This document shows, piece by piece, positions 61,431 through 64,000 of a stretch of 64,000 nt of DNA. The DNA is taken from positions 13,131 through 77,130 of the forward strand of contig JALSIC010000010.1 of NCBI GenBank assembly GCA_026981935.1, given 5' to 3'. This DNA is from Gammaproteobacteria bacterium. GTDB taxonomy: Bacteria > Pseudomonadota > Gammaproteobacteria > SZUA-140. The first letter of the stretch is position 1. Each line of letters starts with the position of its first letter. The position numbers and the translations under genes were made by a program. The notes beneath the pieces are model-generated. The model did no database searches and was not told the origin of the DNA. It worked only from the letters and a program-made list of their open reading frames with translations.

Positions 61431-62645
61431 ATGACTCCTTCAAACAACAGGCTCATATTAACATTCCTGCTGTGGGCGCTGGTCATGGGCTTGCTGTCGG
61501 GCTGCGCCCTGCCATCGAAGCGCGCCGGTTCCGCCGGCGACGAGGACCCTGCCCGCACGCTTTACGAATCCGGCAGAACGGCCTTGCTGGCCCAGGACTA
61601 TGACCGGGCCATCGACCTGTTCCGGCGCCTGGAAATCCTCCACCCCGGCCATGCGCTCATCCCCCAGGCGCGCATGGAACTGGCCTACAGCTATTACAAA
61701 TCCGGTGACACCCTGTCGGCGATGGCAGCGGCGGAGCGCTTCATCCGCGACTATCCCCGCCATCCCAGCGTGGATTATCTCTATTACCTCCGGGGGCTGG
61801 CCGCCTACGAACAGAGCATTGCCTTCCTGAACCAGCAGGCCGAAGGCGAAACGCCCGCCACGCCACCCTTGATCCAGCTCGCGGTGCAGTACTTCGACGT
61901 GCTCATCGAGCGTTTTCCCACCAGCAAATACGGCGAGGATGCCCGGACACGCCTTGCCCATCTGCAGGATGCCCTGGCCCGCCTCGAGATTCACCAGGCA
62001 AAGCGTGCCCTGGCCCGGGGCGAATATGCCACGGCAGCGCTTCATGCCCGGGCGGTAACGGAAAAATACCCCCAGTCGGGTCACAGCCGGGAGGCCGAGG
62101 CCCTTCTCGGGATGGCCGGTCGTGCGCTGGAACAGGAACCCCGGATGAAAGCCCGGCTCATTACGCCTGCCGGCGAAACAGGCGCCCCCCCGAAAACAGC
62201 GGCATCTTCAACGGACGCAGCACAAGATCCGGCCATGCAGGCGGCAGGCAATGCCGACGACACCCCTGCCGGCGAGGAAAGCCAGACTGCATCGGCCTCC
62301 CCCAGAAGCGATGCGCTGGCGGCGGCCGAAGACTTCGGCCGGCGCGGCGCGGCATGGCTGTCACGTCAGCCGCCTCACCTCTTTACCCTGCAATTGCTGG
62401 CCACCGCCAACCGTGACGCACTGCTGGCCTTCGTCTCCCGTCACAAGCTGCAGGCACAGGCCGCCTATCTTACCGAACGGCGCAATGACCGCCCCTGGTA
62501 CACCCTGCTCTACGGTCTCTATCCCGACCGACGCGCGGCGGTCAAGGCAGCGGCCGCCCTGCCCCCGGCCGTCCGCAAGCTGAAGCCCTGGCCGCGCCGC
62601 GTGGGTGTCCTCCAGGCCCGGCTCGAGACGACCACCACGCCATGA
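61431..62645 (+). CDS. BamD-like TPR lipoprotein paralog fused to a C-terminal SPOR-like domain
   Basis: Lipobox LLSGCA and a BamD/YfiO-like TPR region (residues ~40-250). A Pro/Ala-rich linker follows, then an ~80-aa C-terminal module (FTLQLLATANRDALLAFVSRHKLQ...WYTLLYGLYPDRRAAVKAAAALP) that resembles SPOR domains. Confidence 0.7.
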   Translation: MTPSNNRLILTFLLWALVMGLLSGCALPSKRAGSAGDEDPARTLYESGRTALLAQDYDRAIDLFRRLEILHPGHALIPQARMELAYSYYKSGDTLSAMAAAERFIRDYPRHPSVDYLYYLRGLAAYEQSIAFLNQQAEGETPATPPLIQLAVQYFDVLIERFPTSKYGEDARTRLAHLQDALARLEIHQAKRALARGEYATAALHARAVTEKYPQSGHSREAEALLGMAGRALEQEPRMKARLITPAGETGAPPKTAASSTDAAQDPAMQAAGNADDTPAGEESQTASASPRSDALAAAEDFGRRGAAWLSRQPPHLFTLQLLATANRDALLAFVSRHKLQAQAAYLTERRNDRPWYTLLYGLYPDRRAAVKAAAALPPAVRKLKPWPRRVGVLQARLETTTTP

Positions 62646-63448
62646 GGAGAAAAAGCCAGACATCCCGGCCTCGATATGACATGCGCGCAGGACCGCTGCA
62701 TTTATCCCTTTTTATTGCGATACTACTGGCGCTGGGTGGTGGTTGTGCAACGCAAGACAAGGCACTGGGCGAACTGAGCAGCGCCGCCCGCCTCTACGCG
62801 GAGGGCCGCAAGGCGCTGGACGAGGGATACTATGAGATCGCCATAGAAAAATTCGAGCAGCTGGAAACCCGCTATCCCTTCGGGGAATACGCACAGCAGG
62901 CGCAACTGGACATGGCCTACGCCTATTACAAGTCCGACAATCCGGCCTCGGCGGTGGCGGCGGCCGACCGTTTCATCAAGACCTATCCCCGCCATCCTCA
63001 TGTGGACTACGCTTATTATCTCCGCGGACTGGCGAACTTCGCGGTCGGCGGAGACTTCTTCGACCGCCTTCTCAAGGAAGACCCGGCAAAACGGGACCCG
63101 CGCCCGGCGCGGGAGGCTTTTCGCTATTTCGCGGAACTGGTAACCCGCTTTCCCGACAGCCCCTATGCGGCGGATGCCCGGGCACGCATGCTCTATCTGC
63201 GCAATTTCCTGGCACGCCACGAACTGCATGTCGCCCGCTTCTACATGCGGCGCGGGGCCTACGTGGCGGCACTGAACCGCGGTCGCACGGTGCTCGAGAC
63301 CTATTACCAGACACCCGCCGTGCCCGAGGCGCTGGCGCTCATGAGCGAGGCCTATGACGCGCTGGGCCTGGCGCAACTGGCGGCCGAGACGCGCCGCGTG
63401 CTGGAACTGAATTACCCGGGACGTCTCGCACGGAAAGGAAAAGACTGA
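62642..63448 (+). CDS. bamD: Outer membrane protein assembly factor BamD (canonical)
   Basis: Lipobox LALGGGCA; RYPFGEYAQQAQLDMAYAYYKS and ARFYMRRGAYVAALNR closely match E. coli BamD. The start overlaps the upstream stop (ATGA). Confidence 0.85.
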   Translation: MRRKSQTSRPRYDMRAGPLHLSLFIAILLALGGGCATQDKALGELSSAARLYAEGRKALDEGYYEIAIEKFEQLETRYPFGEYAQQAQLDMAYAYYKSDNPASAVAAADRFIKTYPRHPHVDYAYYLRGLANFAVGGDFFDRLLKEDPAKRDPRPAREAFRYFAELVTRFPDSPYAADARARMLYLRNFLARHELHVARFYMRRGAYVAALNRGRTVLETYYQTPAVPEALALMSEAYDALGLAQLAAETRRVLELNYPGRLARKGKD

Positions 63449-63453
63449 CCCGA

Positions 63454-64000
<547 letters not shown>

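Overview
This window is a GC-rich (~65%) gammaproteobacterial chromosome segment. Its core is the conserved ribosomal-protein/transcription supercluster, all on the minus strand and running from high to low coordinates. The order is tRNA-Tyr/Gly/Thr, tuf copy 2, tRNA-Trp, secE, nusG, rplK, rplA, rplJ, rplL, rpoB, rpoC, rpsL, rpsG, fusA, tuf copy 1, then the S10, spc and alpha operons through rpoA and rplQ. On the left (1-7.7 kb) lie a purC / MBL hydrolase / lipoprotein / dapA block, an ICMT-family methyltransferase, the divergent gcvR-bcp pair, an AI-2E transporter and a DUF62 SAM hydroxide adenosyltransferase gene. On the right (41-64 kb) lie mazG, a YkgJ-type Cys-cluster protein, an HU-like protein with a lysine-rich N-terminal tail, slt, tamA-tamB, a desaturase / membrane protein / saccharopine-dehydrogenase-like operon, a ZIP transporter, an ankyrin lipoprotein, pgeF-rluD, two tandem bamD paralogs, glnB and the nadE 3' end. 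Features the core genes do not explain are: two families of small inverted-repeat elements, a ~300 bp TIR-flanked element, an anomalous low-GC insertion carrying a 65-codon ORF between rpsN and rpsH inside the spc operon, an HU-H1-like chimera, a BamD-SPOR fusion paralog, and an uncharacterised lipid-modification-like operon. Coordinates derived by hand carry about +/-2 nt uncertainty.
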